Source: Pelomyxa schiedti
Taxonomy: Eukaryota; Protista; Evosea
Direction of reading: 5' to 3'
NCBI GenBank assembly: GCA_020536535.1
Contig: JAHLWZ010000113.1
Location: forward strand, 62,001-126,000
DNA length: 64,000 bases
The position numbers and the translations under genes are program-made. This document shows positions 1 through 10,509 of the stretch, one piece after another. Position 1 is the first letter of the stretch, and each line of letters starts with the position of its first letter. Under the pieces are notes generated by a model. The model ran no database searches. It was not told where the DNA came from and saw only the letters and a list, made by a program, of their open reading frames with translations.

Positions 1-1
1 A

Positions 2-2047
2 GGACAAGCACTGTCCGCTCTTGGTGAAGATAAACAAGCACTCGAATCGATTACACAAGCAGTTGAGATTTTAGCACGGTCCGGCCCGCCAGAGCAAATA
101 GTCGAACCTCTGCAACAACGTGGACTACTGTTACTAAAAATGCATAATTATACACGTGCTATGCAAGATTTCAAGCAAATCCTTGCCATACAACCTGGGA
201 GACCAGGCACATGGAACAACTTGGGGATGTGCCTAGCAACAATTGGTTCACCTAGACTTTCTATTGATGCACATGCGAGGGCAGTGGCGTTTGACCCCCA
301 CTACAGAGAAGCATGGAGCAACATCTCCCAAGCCTGGAAGGAGTTAGGTGTCTTTAAGAAGGCAGCTCAGACATTAGATCAGGCCTTGGAGGCAAGTCCT
401 TCATACTCTCACGCTCATTACATGTGGGGAATGTTGTGCCATGGCTCCGGCCAGCATTCTCTGGCAATACCACATTTTGACCGCGCGATTTCATGCAACT
501 CATCGAGTGAGGACCAAGAAGGGATAAGAGGAGGAAACTCTCTTTTGGACTCTCTGCAAATGCGTGGGGTTACCTATCATGCACTGGGGTTGTTTAGGAA
601 GGCAGTTAGCGATTACGATGCTGTTGTTAAAGTTAGCCCATTTCATGTTGCATGGTATCATAGGGAGTGTGCGCTCTACCTTGCCTCACAGCTTGATACG
701 CCGCTAGACAAATTTGATTTCGATGCTGGTATGGACCCTTATTTCAAAGAAGCCTGGTGTAAACGACACCACCCTGCCACGCTCAGTAAGTACAATCACC
801 AGTCCCCCACAATTTTGAATAAAGTACCCGATGTAACGCCATATACTCCTGATTATACCGCCGTACCTCAAGTTGCTGAGCTTGTTCACACCGCCGCAGT
901 TCTTGGCAGAGCACTGCAGTACAACTCACCAGGATTTCTCCCCAATATCCGACAGTATGCCACTCTGGGTATTGGTGCTCTTAGCACAGCACAGTGGATT
1001 AGGCAGCAAACAGCACCAGTTGTGAGCTCAAGTTGTAAGTGGAGGAATATGTATAGTATAGCATCCAAGTGGAGGCAAATTTCTGAACCAAATGACTCTA
1101 CTTGGTGGGTGGACATGCTTTCACCGGAACAATTCGAAGAAGGATTCGGGTCAACGACCCCCATAATAACTGGCCAAACAAATGTGGTGCGGTACTACCC
1201 TCAATTTGAGAGGGCTTTTGGAATTGTAAAAGCTGCATTATGCTCCCCAACATCTCTTAACACACCACCTGGAATAGTTCCCGATGAAATAATGCTAGCC
1301 AAAGATTGTTCTGACCTCTGGAAGCTCGTTCAACACGATTTCTGGATTGTCACACCTTGTAAGAGTATGTGCTCGCCAGGACGAATTCTGGAAGGCACGA
1401 GACTAACACTCCAAGCAAGTCCACCTGAAGGATTTGAGTTCACAATAAGGACACCCGGAACCCCGCCACGCTGGAAGTTATATGATGAAGAACTATCCTA
1501 TGCGTTCCAAAAATTTGTCCAGTGCTTCCAGAAGGTAATTCAAGAGAGGCAGGATACACCCACGCCACCTCCAACCCCAAATCCAGTTAATACTAGTACG
1601 TACACTCCCGCTGAGATTGCAACAATAGACGCTGCTCTGATCCTGTCATTTTATTGGTATAACTTCATGCCTCTCAGTAGAGGAACCGCAGCGGTTGGTT
1701 ACGTTTGCTTGCATGCCATGCTGCTATCTATAGGCTTCCGGCTTTCAGCAAGAGGAACGCCGCCAAATTTACAAGTTGATTGGGATGCTATCCTCGGGTC
1801 TGATCCGCTAGAATTTGTGGAGACACAAAAGAAGTGGATTTTGAAGTCATTGATAAAGGTTGATCCGGAACAGGTCCAAGCACTACCAATCAAACAAACC
1901 TGCGCAAGTGTGCGCGGCGCTGTAGCATTCCTCAATGCGACGTGTATCAGGGAATCCAACCTTGTAGAAGACTATGAAATGTGGGAAGACACCACCAACA
2001 AGCCCGAAAATCCCTACACAGAACCCCACCTCAGCATAGATTGTTGA
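2..2047 (+). CDS. TPR-repeat protein, SRFR1/TTC13 family (5' end truncated by window)
   Basis: Frame is open from base 2, upstream of the ATG at 140. TPR repeats (e.g. WNNLGMCLATIG, WSNISQAWKELG, RGVTYHALG) are followed by SRFR1-like blocks WRQISEPND..WWVD..EEGFGSTTP..GQTNVVRYYP and YWYNFMPLSRGTA. No introns in view. Confidence 0.85.
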   Translation, partial: GQALSALGEDKQALESITQAVEILARSGPPEQIVEPLQQRGLLLLKMHNYTRAMQDFKQILAIQPGRPGTWNNLGMCLATIGSPRLSIDAHARAVAFDPHYREAWSNISQAWKELGVFKKAAQTLDQALEASPSYSHAHYMWGMLCHGSGQHSLAIPHFDRAISCNSSSEDQEGIRGGNSLLDSLQMRGVTYHALGLFRKAVSDYDAVVKVSPFHVAWYHRECALYLASQLDTPLDKFDFDAGMDPYFKEAWCKRHHPATLSKYNHQSPTILNKVPDVTPYTPDYTAVPQVAELVHTAAVLGRALQYNSPGFLPNIRQYATLGIGALSTAQWIRQQTAPVVSSSCKWRNMYSIASKWRQISEPNDSTWWVDMLSPEQFEEGFGSTTPIITGQTNVVRYYPQFERAFGIVKAALCSPTSLNTPPGIVPDEIMLAKDCSDLWKLVQHDFWIVTPCKSMCSPGRILEGTRLTLQASPPEGFEFTIRTPGTPPRWKLYDEELSYAFQKFVQCFQKVIQERQDTPTPPPTPNPVNTSTYTPAEIATIDAALILSFYWYNFMPLSRGTAAVGYVCLHAMLLSIGFRLSARGTPPNLQVDWDAILGSDPLEFVETQKKWILKSLIKVDPEQVQALPIKQTCASVRGAVAFLNATCIRESNLVEDYEMWEDTTNKPENPYTEPHLSIDC

Positions 2048-2160
2048 GTCCCTGTAACCTCCAGATAACAATAAAAGACACCCATTACCCAACAAACAAG
2101 AACGAGAACTGGCAAAAATTCAGTTTTCTCAATTTTACACACAAAACTATTTTTTTCTAT

Positions 2161-5100
2161 TTAGCTTCTCATAATAGAGGTCCTACAGACAGGGCACGAA
2201 GCCGTAGCGGGTGCACAAATACTACACACACATTGATGTCCACAGGCAAGCATGATGAGTTTCCTGCCTGAGATTGAGCAGACCAAACAGTCTCTGGACT
2301 GAGGTGGGTGGGGTTGTCTTGGTGTCTCTGTCTTGGCAACTCCAGATGGTATCTAGAGGTGGTGTGAGATTCACGGGGTTGTAATTGTGGGTCGTGTGGT
2401 GTGGGGAATTCTTACCGCAGTGGGAGGACCAGGAGGCGGTTTTGGCTTGAATGTGAGAATCGCTTCGAATATCGCGGCAAGTGCCCGGAGTAGTTCTTGG
2501 AACTAGTGGGAATCAGGTTTGCCGGACTACTATTGTGGGAGGAGTGGGAATTACCTTGGGCAGTGATACAGCGCTGAGAGTGACAGAGCGAATTAGCTGA
2601 ATTGGCTGTGCAAGTTGTGGGTTGGCACGGCATACATTATCAACTTTCATGGTTGTTGGCTAAAAACACAAGTAAGATAGATGGGAATAGCACAAGAAGA
2701 GCCTTACCCAGGAGGGAACCCACGCTGGGCCACACAGAAAAGTTCCAAGGCAGGATAAAATCACGTTCTCCATCCAAATAAAAACTATTCCAGGTAAGAG
2801 GGAGTAAATGAGACAAGGAGACTTACTATCGTTGGCAATTCTACCGTACTGCTGGGTTTGGGAAATGTCACATTGGAAAGATTTTCGCACTGCGGCGGAA
2901 ATTCCTGGTAGAAGAGAGTCCACTGCATCTCCCAGACGTACAACTTGATTAAGCTGGGTAACAAGGGTTTGATTCGAAAATGGACTGGCGGGAGTTTGTT
3001 GTGGAGGCTGCGCACGCTCTTGGGGTTCTGTTTTGTATCTTAATGAAGCAAAAAAGCATAAACAAGCAAGGAAAACTTACTTGGTGGGTAACCTGACCCT
3101 GATGTGCCCGAACCTACACGGATTATCTCTAGGCATCGCCCTTCTAAGTTCTGCAAACATATTACTGTGCAAAATTAAAATGAGTAGTACTTACAAATCC
3201 ATGAAGAGAGAGGGCAATGTTATATGACTTCTCATCTTCCAGTGATACATAACCATAGCCTCTTGATCTCCCTGATGGCTCCTGAAGAACCTCTGCAGCT
3301 GCAACCTACGACCATTTAGACCAAGAAAGTTCGAAATTCGAAGGAAATTTACGACCTTGCATCCTTGGTTCACAAAAAAGTTGTGTAAAGTGTCGCTGTC
3401 CACTTGAAACTTGATGTTGTTTACCCTCAGTCGATAAGGATCATTGTTACTGTAAGCTGGTAGTGAAGACTCAACGGGAAGTGTTGCCAGTCGTCCCAGT
3501 ACCCTTGGGCTGACTGAAATGGTAGCTCCATCAAGTGTCTTTTGTTGTCCACATCAGAAAAAAAACTTTCTGTAAATATTTTAAACCTTTCCACTGCACC
3601 TCAGAGCGTTATGATAGGAGTTGGAATCAGCAAGTTCCAATACACCATACAAGCAATCTTTCCCAAATTTATCGGCTGATAACTTGCAGGTTTGTACCTT
3701 TTGTGTTCAGTACAAACCACAACAAACTAAACCTGACTGTACCCTGCAATCGTGACTTTGGAAAAAGTGCACCAAACCATCACGTGAAGTCTCTACAGCA
3801 ATATTAGTGATCTGGACAGTGAGTCCAGTATCAGATTTTCGTTGGTGTACTGAAATGCGCCTGTCATGAACAATCTAAGTAGAATTAATACTAGTTTTTA
3901 AAAACAGACAAAAGTACAGTTCCGTCTAAAGTGAGTGCTGTTTCATATGATTCAACATCAAAAAAGTCTACAAATCCATATTTCCCAACCCCCCCAGATT
4001 TTTCTGGTTTAAGATCACACTCTTTTACCTGTAGAATATGAGTGATTCCAAGTCATTTATATGCTACATACTCGGCAACCCTTATTAATGAATAGCTGTG
4101 CAACTTCATCTCTTGTGGCATCAGAAGGTAGACCACCCAAATAAAGACTATATCTCTCCCTTATAGGCCTCTCTGTTTCGTCAAATCGGACAAGATCAGT
4201 CCTTCCTGCCAGTTTGCTTTCGAAGGTTTCCCTATTTCTGTCATTTTCCCTTTCCCGACTCCTGCTCTTGTCCCTTCCCCTACTTCGGTCTCTGTACCGA
4301 TCACGATCCCTGTCCCTATCTCTATCCCTGTCCCTGTCTCGATCTCTGTATCTATCCCTGCTTCTGGACCTACTTCTACTTCTGCTCCTACTTCTGGTTC
4401 TGCTCCTACTCCTGCGTCTATCTCGCCTATCTCTGTCCCTTTCCCTACTATTTTCGTGATCTCTTGTACTTGTTTCAGGGTACGGCTGAAGAGGTTGCTG
4501 GTATCCAGATTGTTGTGTGTCATATGAACTATATTGTTGTTGAGATTGCCCATAAGGAGTGGAGTAGCCACTCTGTGGCTGACTAGTGTATGCTTCCTGA
4601 GGAGGCATCGAAGGTGTTTGTGGGTAGGAGTACTGGGGGTAGTTCATAGGGGGAGGAGATTGGTATGGGGAATTGTATCCCGGAGGATTGAAGGTTTGTT
4701 GTTGGTACAGTTGTGACAGTTGTGACTGAGGAGGGCCATAGGGATTGGGTTGCTGAGTTGGGGCAAAATTGGGAGGAGGAACATTGGAGCTATAAGCTGG
4801 AGTTGGATTGGGATTATTGTAAACAGGGCCAGTGGGTGTATAATTAGTGGCATAAGGATATCGAGGAGGCTGCGTCGAACCACCAGTGTAATTATTCTGT
4901 GGGTAAGTTCCAGGAGGAGCCTGGTGCTGAATAGAAAAGTCCTGCTGCACTCCGGAATATGGGGGATTCCCTCCACTTGGAGGATAAGGGTAAGACTGTG
5001 GCATGTTTTGGGAAGGTGGAGCTCCTCCCATGACTGTTGATGATTGTGGGTGTGGTTGCTGTTGTAATTGAGGTTGATTTGGAGCTGCCGGGTAGCTACC

Positions 5101-5970
5101 AAAGCCGGTCATGGAGGCCTGAGGCCGGTTCTGAGCAGCGGCGTTTGAAGTTGGAGGAATGTTAGAGAATCCTCCACCTGGAATAGGAATTGAACTAGTA
5201 GTGTTGGTGGAGTTGGTGTTGATTAAGTTAGAGTAAGTTCCGACTGTGCCGCCAGTGGGATTCGATCCTCCGACCAACTGATGCTGCTGCTGTTGGTCGG
5301 AGGAACCAGAACCGGAACCATTAACATTCACATTCACTGTGGATCGCATTCCGGCTCCCGAAACCGAATTCGCAACCGAACTCGAACTCGTCGTTATCGC
5401 ACTCGAACTCGAATTCGGATTGGCACTAGATTGTTGTTGTTGATACGCCTGTTGTTGGTAGTTGTTGTTCTGGGCCAGGCTCGATGTAGCATTTGACGTC
5501 ATAGTATTGGCATTTGCGCTCGTAGCCCCGGTTGTAGTCGATGACGGCGGATTGGATGAGACGGCTGCGTAGGGGTTCGAACCTCCTACCTGCTGCTGCT
5601 GCGACTGTGACACCCCCTGCGGCTGGTGCGTGATCGGCCCCGACTGCGACACTAGCGAGGCGGAGGAAAAATACGAGGGAGGGGCGGATGGAGGGAGTTG
5701 TTGTTGCATCGAGGGGGGCATGGGGAAGCGAGGGAGGGAGGGGACGGGCATGGGCTGGGGGCGCTGGGCGGGGGCGGCGGACATCGGGAGGGGCATACCG
5801 ATGGGCATAGGCATGGGGACCGGCATCGGCGGGGGCGGCGGCGGGCGGAACGACGGGGGCGGCGCCGGCATAGCAGCCGTCGACGTCGGTGGCGCCATGG
5901 ACGAGGGTGTGTACATGCCAAGCTGTTGGTTTTGGTTGGGGAACCTACTCGGTGTCACCGTAGGCTGCAT
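2161..5970 (-). CDS. Multi-exon RNA-binding protein: Pro/Gln-rich N-terminus, RS/RD domain, three RRMs, C-terminal RING finger
   Basis: ATG at 5970 (MQPTVTP). RRM1 YSLYLGGLP..|..KYGFVDF; RRM3 RLRVNNI..|..GRSRGYGYVSLEDE; the middle RRM is less clearly resolved. The 3' exons splice in frame to the last exon CLVC-x11-CGHQCVC-x2-C-x6-CPVCR, stop TAA at 2161-2163. Confidence 0.8.
4240..4445 (-). repeat. Coding low-complexity repeat (RS and RD dipeptides)
   Basis: Imperfect 6-nt repeats encoding RSRSRSRS..RDRDRDRD within the RRM gene. Confidence 0.9.
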
Positions 5971-6068
5971 CACCACCAAGAAATAAAATTTTCTTATTGG
6001 TTTGGAAATCAAAAAAAAACATCAAAATTCTCGGTGTTTGTTGTTGTTGCACTTTGCACGTTTAGTTT

Positions 6069-8192
6069 TTAAGGCAGAAGGCTTTGTATTCTTTTCAGGA
6101 ATTCTACCATTGTGGCACCGAAGAAGGGAACATCAGAGAGAGCGGCGTTTGTGAACACCAGGCCGAGAAACTCACTCGTTGTTATGCATTCACCCGTTGT
6201 GTTGTTGCTTGCACTTGTGGTTGTTGTTGTGCTTGTGTTCGTGGTTTGTGCTGCTTCAGAAACAAGCGAAATGTGGGGCACATTTCGCTCATGGATTGGC
6301 AACAGAATTGAACACACTGTCTCATTATTGGAATACAGATCAATAGCTTCCTGCACACTCTGGTGGGTTGCCACTGGAACCAGGAATGATGCACACCGAT
6401 CAACAGGTAGGAAAATGAGGGCGCCGCACACGAGCATAGCCTTCCCTGCACTGGGTCTTATGTGAGGATCCCTCTCCAAGAGGTACCCCACCAGGGGGCT
6501 CAGGATGTGGTGTCTGTGATTTGGGGGAACTTGATGTTGCCCAAGGCTTAGGTTGAGAATGAGGTTAGTGTCGAGGTTGTTGTTGTGGTCGAACGGGTGC
6601 ATGCCTGTGATGAGCTCATATACAACACAACCAGCTGCCCACACATCATTCTTTTCCAAGCACAGTGTGGATGGTGACTGTGGAGGTTGTATGACTTCTG
6701 GGGAGCGGTTTTTTGGGCAACCGTCAAGGGATTGTGATTGGCCTTGTGGAATGCAGCCCAATGAATCACACTCTCTCACAGTGCCAAAGTCACACAGCAC
6801 CCAGAGGTTACCATGGATCCTTGACCTAGAAACTGCCAGTATGTTGCTCAGCTTGATGTCACCATGGTAGCAGTTGTTGCCATTGAGGTGTGTGCAGGCA
6901 CACATTAGACAAAATGTAAGCTCAATTGCCTGTTGTGACAGCGAAAATCTGGAGATCTGGCCTGTCAGAAACATCTCGGCATTGCCCAAACCGAGCTCCT
7001 GCACGATATATGTAGTGCGGGAGAAAACAGGTGTTGGATTGGGGTCCTTGCATCCTTCCACAAAGTTGCCGCTGTCATCCACAATGCAATAGTTTTGCCG
7101 AATATCTGCTGGTATTAGATCTAAGAGCGATTTTGAGTGGAAGAAGCTGTAAATGTTGCACAGGCTCCAGTGTGGGAAGTTTTTGACGAATATGTACTCT
7201 GCGGAAAACCACTTATTAAGGCTCTCAGTACTGTTGCCTGCCGAGTAGTTGTACATCATTTTGAGTGCCACTTGGCTGTTAAAATGGTCCTGAACTGGAA
7301 CCTTGTTCACACACCCATTACTCCCCTTTCCAAGGCACACTGCTCTGCTGATATCAAGGTCATTCATCCCAATTGTTCCAAGGTTTCCCTTGTCAAATCG
7401 GGAGAATGCATGAGAATGAAGAACAGGTTCTGGTTGGGCTGGGTTCTCTGTTGCCCAGTGGTCACTCCTTTCGTTGTAGTTTTTGCTTTCCTCTTTTGCT
7501 TCCATGTCACTTGCTCTGAGAAACCTTTCTAGGTTGTTGTCTTGGCGCAGCTTAGGAAATGCCCCAGCTAAGGAATCAAGGGAGCCCCTGGCTATAGAAA
7601 TGGAACCGTGGGGAATTGCAACAGCAGGAGCGTGCTGAATAAAATTCCTGAAGTCTGCAGAACCGGCAAAAGCACGGTGGTCACAATTGGGTGAATCCCA
7701 CGATTGAAAAAAAGGAAAGTAGTAAAAATAGGATGTGGGTGGGAGGCCTTCTTGCAGATTATTTTGGATCGCACTTTTGTTATCTCTGCTGGCACTCATC
7801 ACTGCTGCTGAAGCTTTGTTTATCACAATGCTGTAATTGGATCCAATGGCAGGAACAGCCTGGTGCAAAAGAGACATCATGGCGACGTCACCAGGCTGCA
7901 CACGCACCGACATCAGATTTACAACAAAAACTACTCGGAAAATTCCTCCTTGGTTGAGTGCCTCCAGTACCGCCTGCTGTTGCTGCCTCTCAACACCAAG
8001 AGCTGGAGTGTCAATGTACATTTTGCCATCCACATCAGTATACCGCTCACACGTTGTCCATCCAGTGCTGATCCAACTACCGAGGCGGAAAGGCGATCCC
8101 AGCGGGCCTTGAACAACGGCGCTCAGCAAAGCGCTCTTGCCCACTCCCAAAGGACCCATGAAGATCGTGGTAATGGCAGGGGGATCCGACAT
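6069..8192 (-). CDS. AIG1/GIMAP-like P-loop GTPase fused to a Ser/Thr protein kinase (non-RD, PINK1-like features)
   Basis: Single intronless ORF, ATG at 8192 (MSDPP). GTPase motifs GPLGVGKS, DTPA, FRVVFVV, YSIVINK. Kinase motifs LGKGSNG, VALK, HGDIKLSN, DFG, SPE, DVWAAG. Confidence 0.88.
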   Translation of the reverse strand: MSDPPAITTIFMGPLGVGKSALLSAVVQGPLGSPFRLGSWISTGWTTCERYTDVDGKMYIDTPALGVERQQQQAVLEALNQGGIFRVVFVVNLMSVRVQPGDVAMMSLLHQAVPAIGSNYSIVINKASAAVMSASRDNKSAIQNNLQEGLPPTSYFYYFPFFQSWDSPNCDHRAFAGSADFRNFIQHAPAVAIPHGSISIARGSLDSLAGAFPKLRQDNNLERFLRASDMEAKEESKNYNERSDHWATENPAQPEPVLHSHAFSRFDKGNLGTIGMNDLDISRAVCLGKGSNGCVNKVPVQDHFNSQVALKMMYNYSAGNSTESLNKWFSAEYIFVKNFPHWSLCNIYSFFHSKSLLDLIPADIRQNYCIVDDSGNFVEGCKDPNPTPVFSRTTYIVQELGLGNAEMFLTGQISRFSLSQQAIELTFCLMCACTHLNGNNCYHGDIKLSNILAVSRSRIHGNLWVLCDFGTVRECDSLGCIPQGQSQSLDGCPKNRSPEVIQPPQSPSTLCLEKNDVWAAGCVVYELITGMHPFDHNNNLDTNLILNLSLGQHQVPPNHRHHILSPLVGYLLERDPHIRPSAGKAMLVCGALIFLPVDRCASFLVPVATHQSVQEAIDLYSNNETVCSILLPIHERNVPHISLVSEAAQTTNTSTTTTTSASNNTTGECITTSEFLGLVFTNAALSDVPFFGATMVEFLKRIQSLLP

Positions 8193-10361
8193 ATTCGGTG
8201 ATGAAAGGGAATTTCGGCCCTTGTGCAAACGGGTTGATTTTCACGCACTGCGTTAGACAGGATTGTATTCCACCTCACCTGACACAACAAGGGAAAGGAC
8301 CGGCACGTCACTGCCCACAGTCCAGCTGTCCTGGCGTCTTGGATGCACAATAAGGGAAAAAAAACACTGTCCTTCTGCTAACAGCTGGAGTCAGTTCGGG
8401 TCCTGCACTGATGCTGGGAGGCACTATTCCTACATATCTTCGTGGGTCTCATGGTAGTTGGTAAGGGTCAGGTCCTCTCTGTTGGTTACCCTCTCTGACC
8501 TGTGGATCAAATCGGCTATAGTTCTATCAGTCGCCGTGACATCACCACACACTGTTTAGAACTATCCTAAAGGATTAGAAGTTATAGAAACTCGAGAACG
8601 ATCTTTGTTCGCTTTACCGACTTCTCTTTTGACATCTATAACGGTTTGTCTTACAGTATGCTACTGTCTAATCGTATGGCTATGGTCCAATCTTCTTTAT
8701 ACGGAGCCTCGTTGGAATTTGACTCGAAAGAAAAACAAGAAGTGAGGGGGTCCGGAAAAAAATCGTTTCACAGGCAAAGGGACATCATGGAATCGTAAGG
8801 CTGTACACGCGATGACCTCAGCGTGACAGCAAATACTACTTGGAAAATTCCTCCTTGGTGGAGTTGTGGTCTATCAGCACCAAAAGCGGGTGTGTCATGG
8901 AATGCCGCGTTGCTGCCCACATCAGTATACTGCTCACACGTTGTCAATCCAGGGAATCCGGTCCCGCTCGGGAAAGGTGCAGGCGACCCGGAGGGAGTCG
9001 CAAAATTGTGTACAGCAAAGCACTCTTGCCAGCTTGTGAATGACAATAAAAATCGTTTTAAGGAAGGAACCGCTTGGACTCGACATCGTCGATACTATCA
9101 CATGCAAAAGGATTAAATTTTTACGATTTTTTTCCCCGAAATGGGGAAGAAAAAAGAGCCTGGTCCTGACCATAGACATACATGACATCTCCTGGGTGAA
9201 CTGTTCTTTCCTGTCTGGGAGTGGTACCTTGCCAGCTGTATGTCAGCATCTCAGGCCCATTGCGTGCCCATTCATGGGTTCCTCCCTTTGGAATGTTAAA
9301 GCAGCTGTCTTCCCCTGTGGAATCACTGGTTTTTGTGAGGTGGCAGGATACCATATTGGCTCCGCGATTCACGACAATTACATGGTGTGACTTATTCAAT
9401 TCATGTGCGGTCCTTCGGGTTATGTTTTAAAAGACCGCAACTGATGTGGTGACTGCACACCTAAGGGTTTCCGTTCTTTGGTTGCTGTTTTTGGTCTCTT
9501 CCTCAAATTCTTGTTTCACCTCATCGGCTCTTCGGCTGTGAAGAATGAGACTAATATTTAATGAAAATGAAGCATGCCTGTGTTTACTGTCCCCCGTGGC
9601 GCAGAACAGTGCCAGTTGCAAGTCATATTCTTTTTTTAGAGCTGCGGCTCTTTCTCTTTGTATTTTTGCCACCAGTTCCTGAAGCAACTGTTCCATAATT
9701 GACTGATTCATCCGCTCAGTCCATAACGTACTTTCAAGTGCATCAACAAGTGACTCTCGCCCATCTGGGAGGAAGGAAGAAATGGAACCGTGGGGAATTG
9801 CAACAGCAGGAGCGTGCTGAATAAAATTCCTGAAGTCTGCAGAACCGGCAAAAGCACGGTGGTCACAATTGGGTGAATCCCACGATTGAACAAAAGGAAA
9901 GTAGTAAAAATAAGATGTGGGTGGGAGGCCTTCTTGCAGCTTATTTTGGATCGCACTTTTGTTATCTCTGCTGGCACTCATCACTGCTGGTGAAGCTTTG
10001 TTTATCACAATGCTGTAATTGGATCCAATGGCAGGAACAGCCTGGTGCAAAAGAGACATCATGGCGATGTCACCAGGCTGCACACGCGCCGACATCAGCG
10101 TGACAACAAAAACTACTCGGAAAATTCCTCCTTGGTTGAGTGCCTCCAGTACCGCCTGCTGTTGCTGCCTCTCAACACCAAGAGCAGGCGCGTCAATGTA
10201 CATGTTGCCATCCACATCAGTATACCGCTCACACGTTGTTGTCAATTCGGTGCCGGTCGATTTACCAGGGCGGAAGGGAGTACCCGTAGGGACTGGGAAA
10301 ATTGTGGCCAGCAAAGCACTCGTTCCCACCCCCGAGGGTCCCATGAAGATCGTGGTAATGG
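7597..10361 (-). repeat. Near-identical ~580-bp direct repeat pair (7597-8177 and 9779-10361) covering the GTPase domain
   Basis: Long identical stretches (e.g. gaaatggaaccgtggggaattgcaacagcaggagcgtgctgaataaaattcctgaagtctgcagaacc) are present in both copies. Identity stops abruptly right after the GTPase domain. Confidence 0.92.
8768..9090 (-). pseudogene. Frameshifted remnant of the same AIG1-like GTPase
   Basis: TIFI.. / AGKSALL / GLTTCEQYTDV..DTPAFG..QGGIFQVVFAVTL..RVQP..MMSL lie in three different frames, with an internal deletion relative to the paralogues and a premature stop at 8768. Confidence 0.8.
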
Positions 10362-10395
10362 GAGGGTCCGAGCCAAGCAGCGGGGGGTCCGACAT
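9121..10395 (-). CDS. AIG1-like pseudo-GTPase + coiled coil + small C-terminal beta-rich domain
   Basis: ATG at 10395. P-loop GPSGVGTS lacks the Lys and G3 is DAPA. Coiled coil EQLLQELVAKIQRERAAALKKE. A 48-nt GT-AG intron at 9413-9460 removes the stop at 9427 and joins ETLR to TAHELNKSHHVIVVNRG..EWARNG, stop at 9121. Confidence 0.75.
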
Positions 10396-10509
10396 CAACG
10401 CCCCTGTGTCTTCCACTCAATTTTTTTTTTTTTTGCTCCATCACATACACCAAGTGAACGAAACTCGTCAAAAAAAAGTTGGTTTTCCGTCTCTGAAGGA
10501 GGGGATGTT

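Noticed and set aside
4161-6072. Numerous overlapping alternative-frame ORFs, also at 34557-35119, 39653-40436 and 46487-47339
   Set aside because: Expected by-products of GC-rich or low-complexity coding sequence, with no independent protein motifs.
6069-8192. Roco/LRRK-type protein
   Set aside because: The GTPase is AIG1-like rather than Roc, and there is no room for a COR domain before the kinase.
8230-8740. Possible ubiquitin-like or F-box-like exons upstream of the GTPase-kinase (QTVIDVKREVG; LLCIQDARTAGLWAVTCRSF)
   Set aside because: Short, stop-interrupted and not spliceable in frame to the ATG at 8192 by any junction I could justify.
9400-9460. Stop-codon readthrough or an alternative genetic code (same-frame ORFs either side of TAA 9427)
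   Set aside because: A canonical 48-nt GT-AG intron explains it, and other genes in the window end with TAA, TAG and TGA normally.
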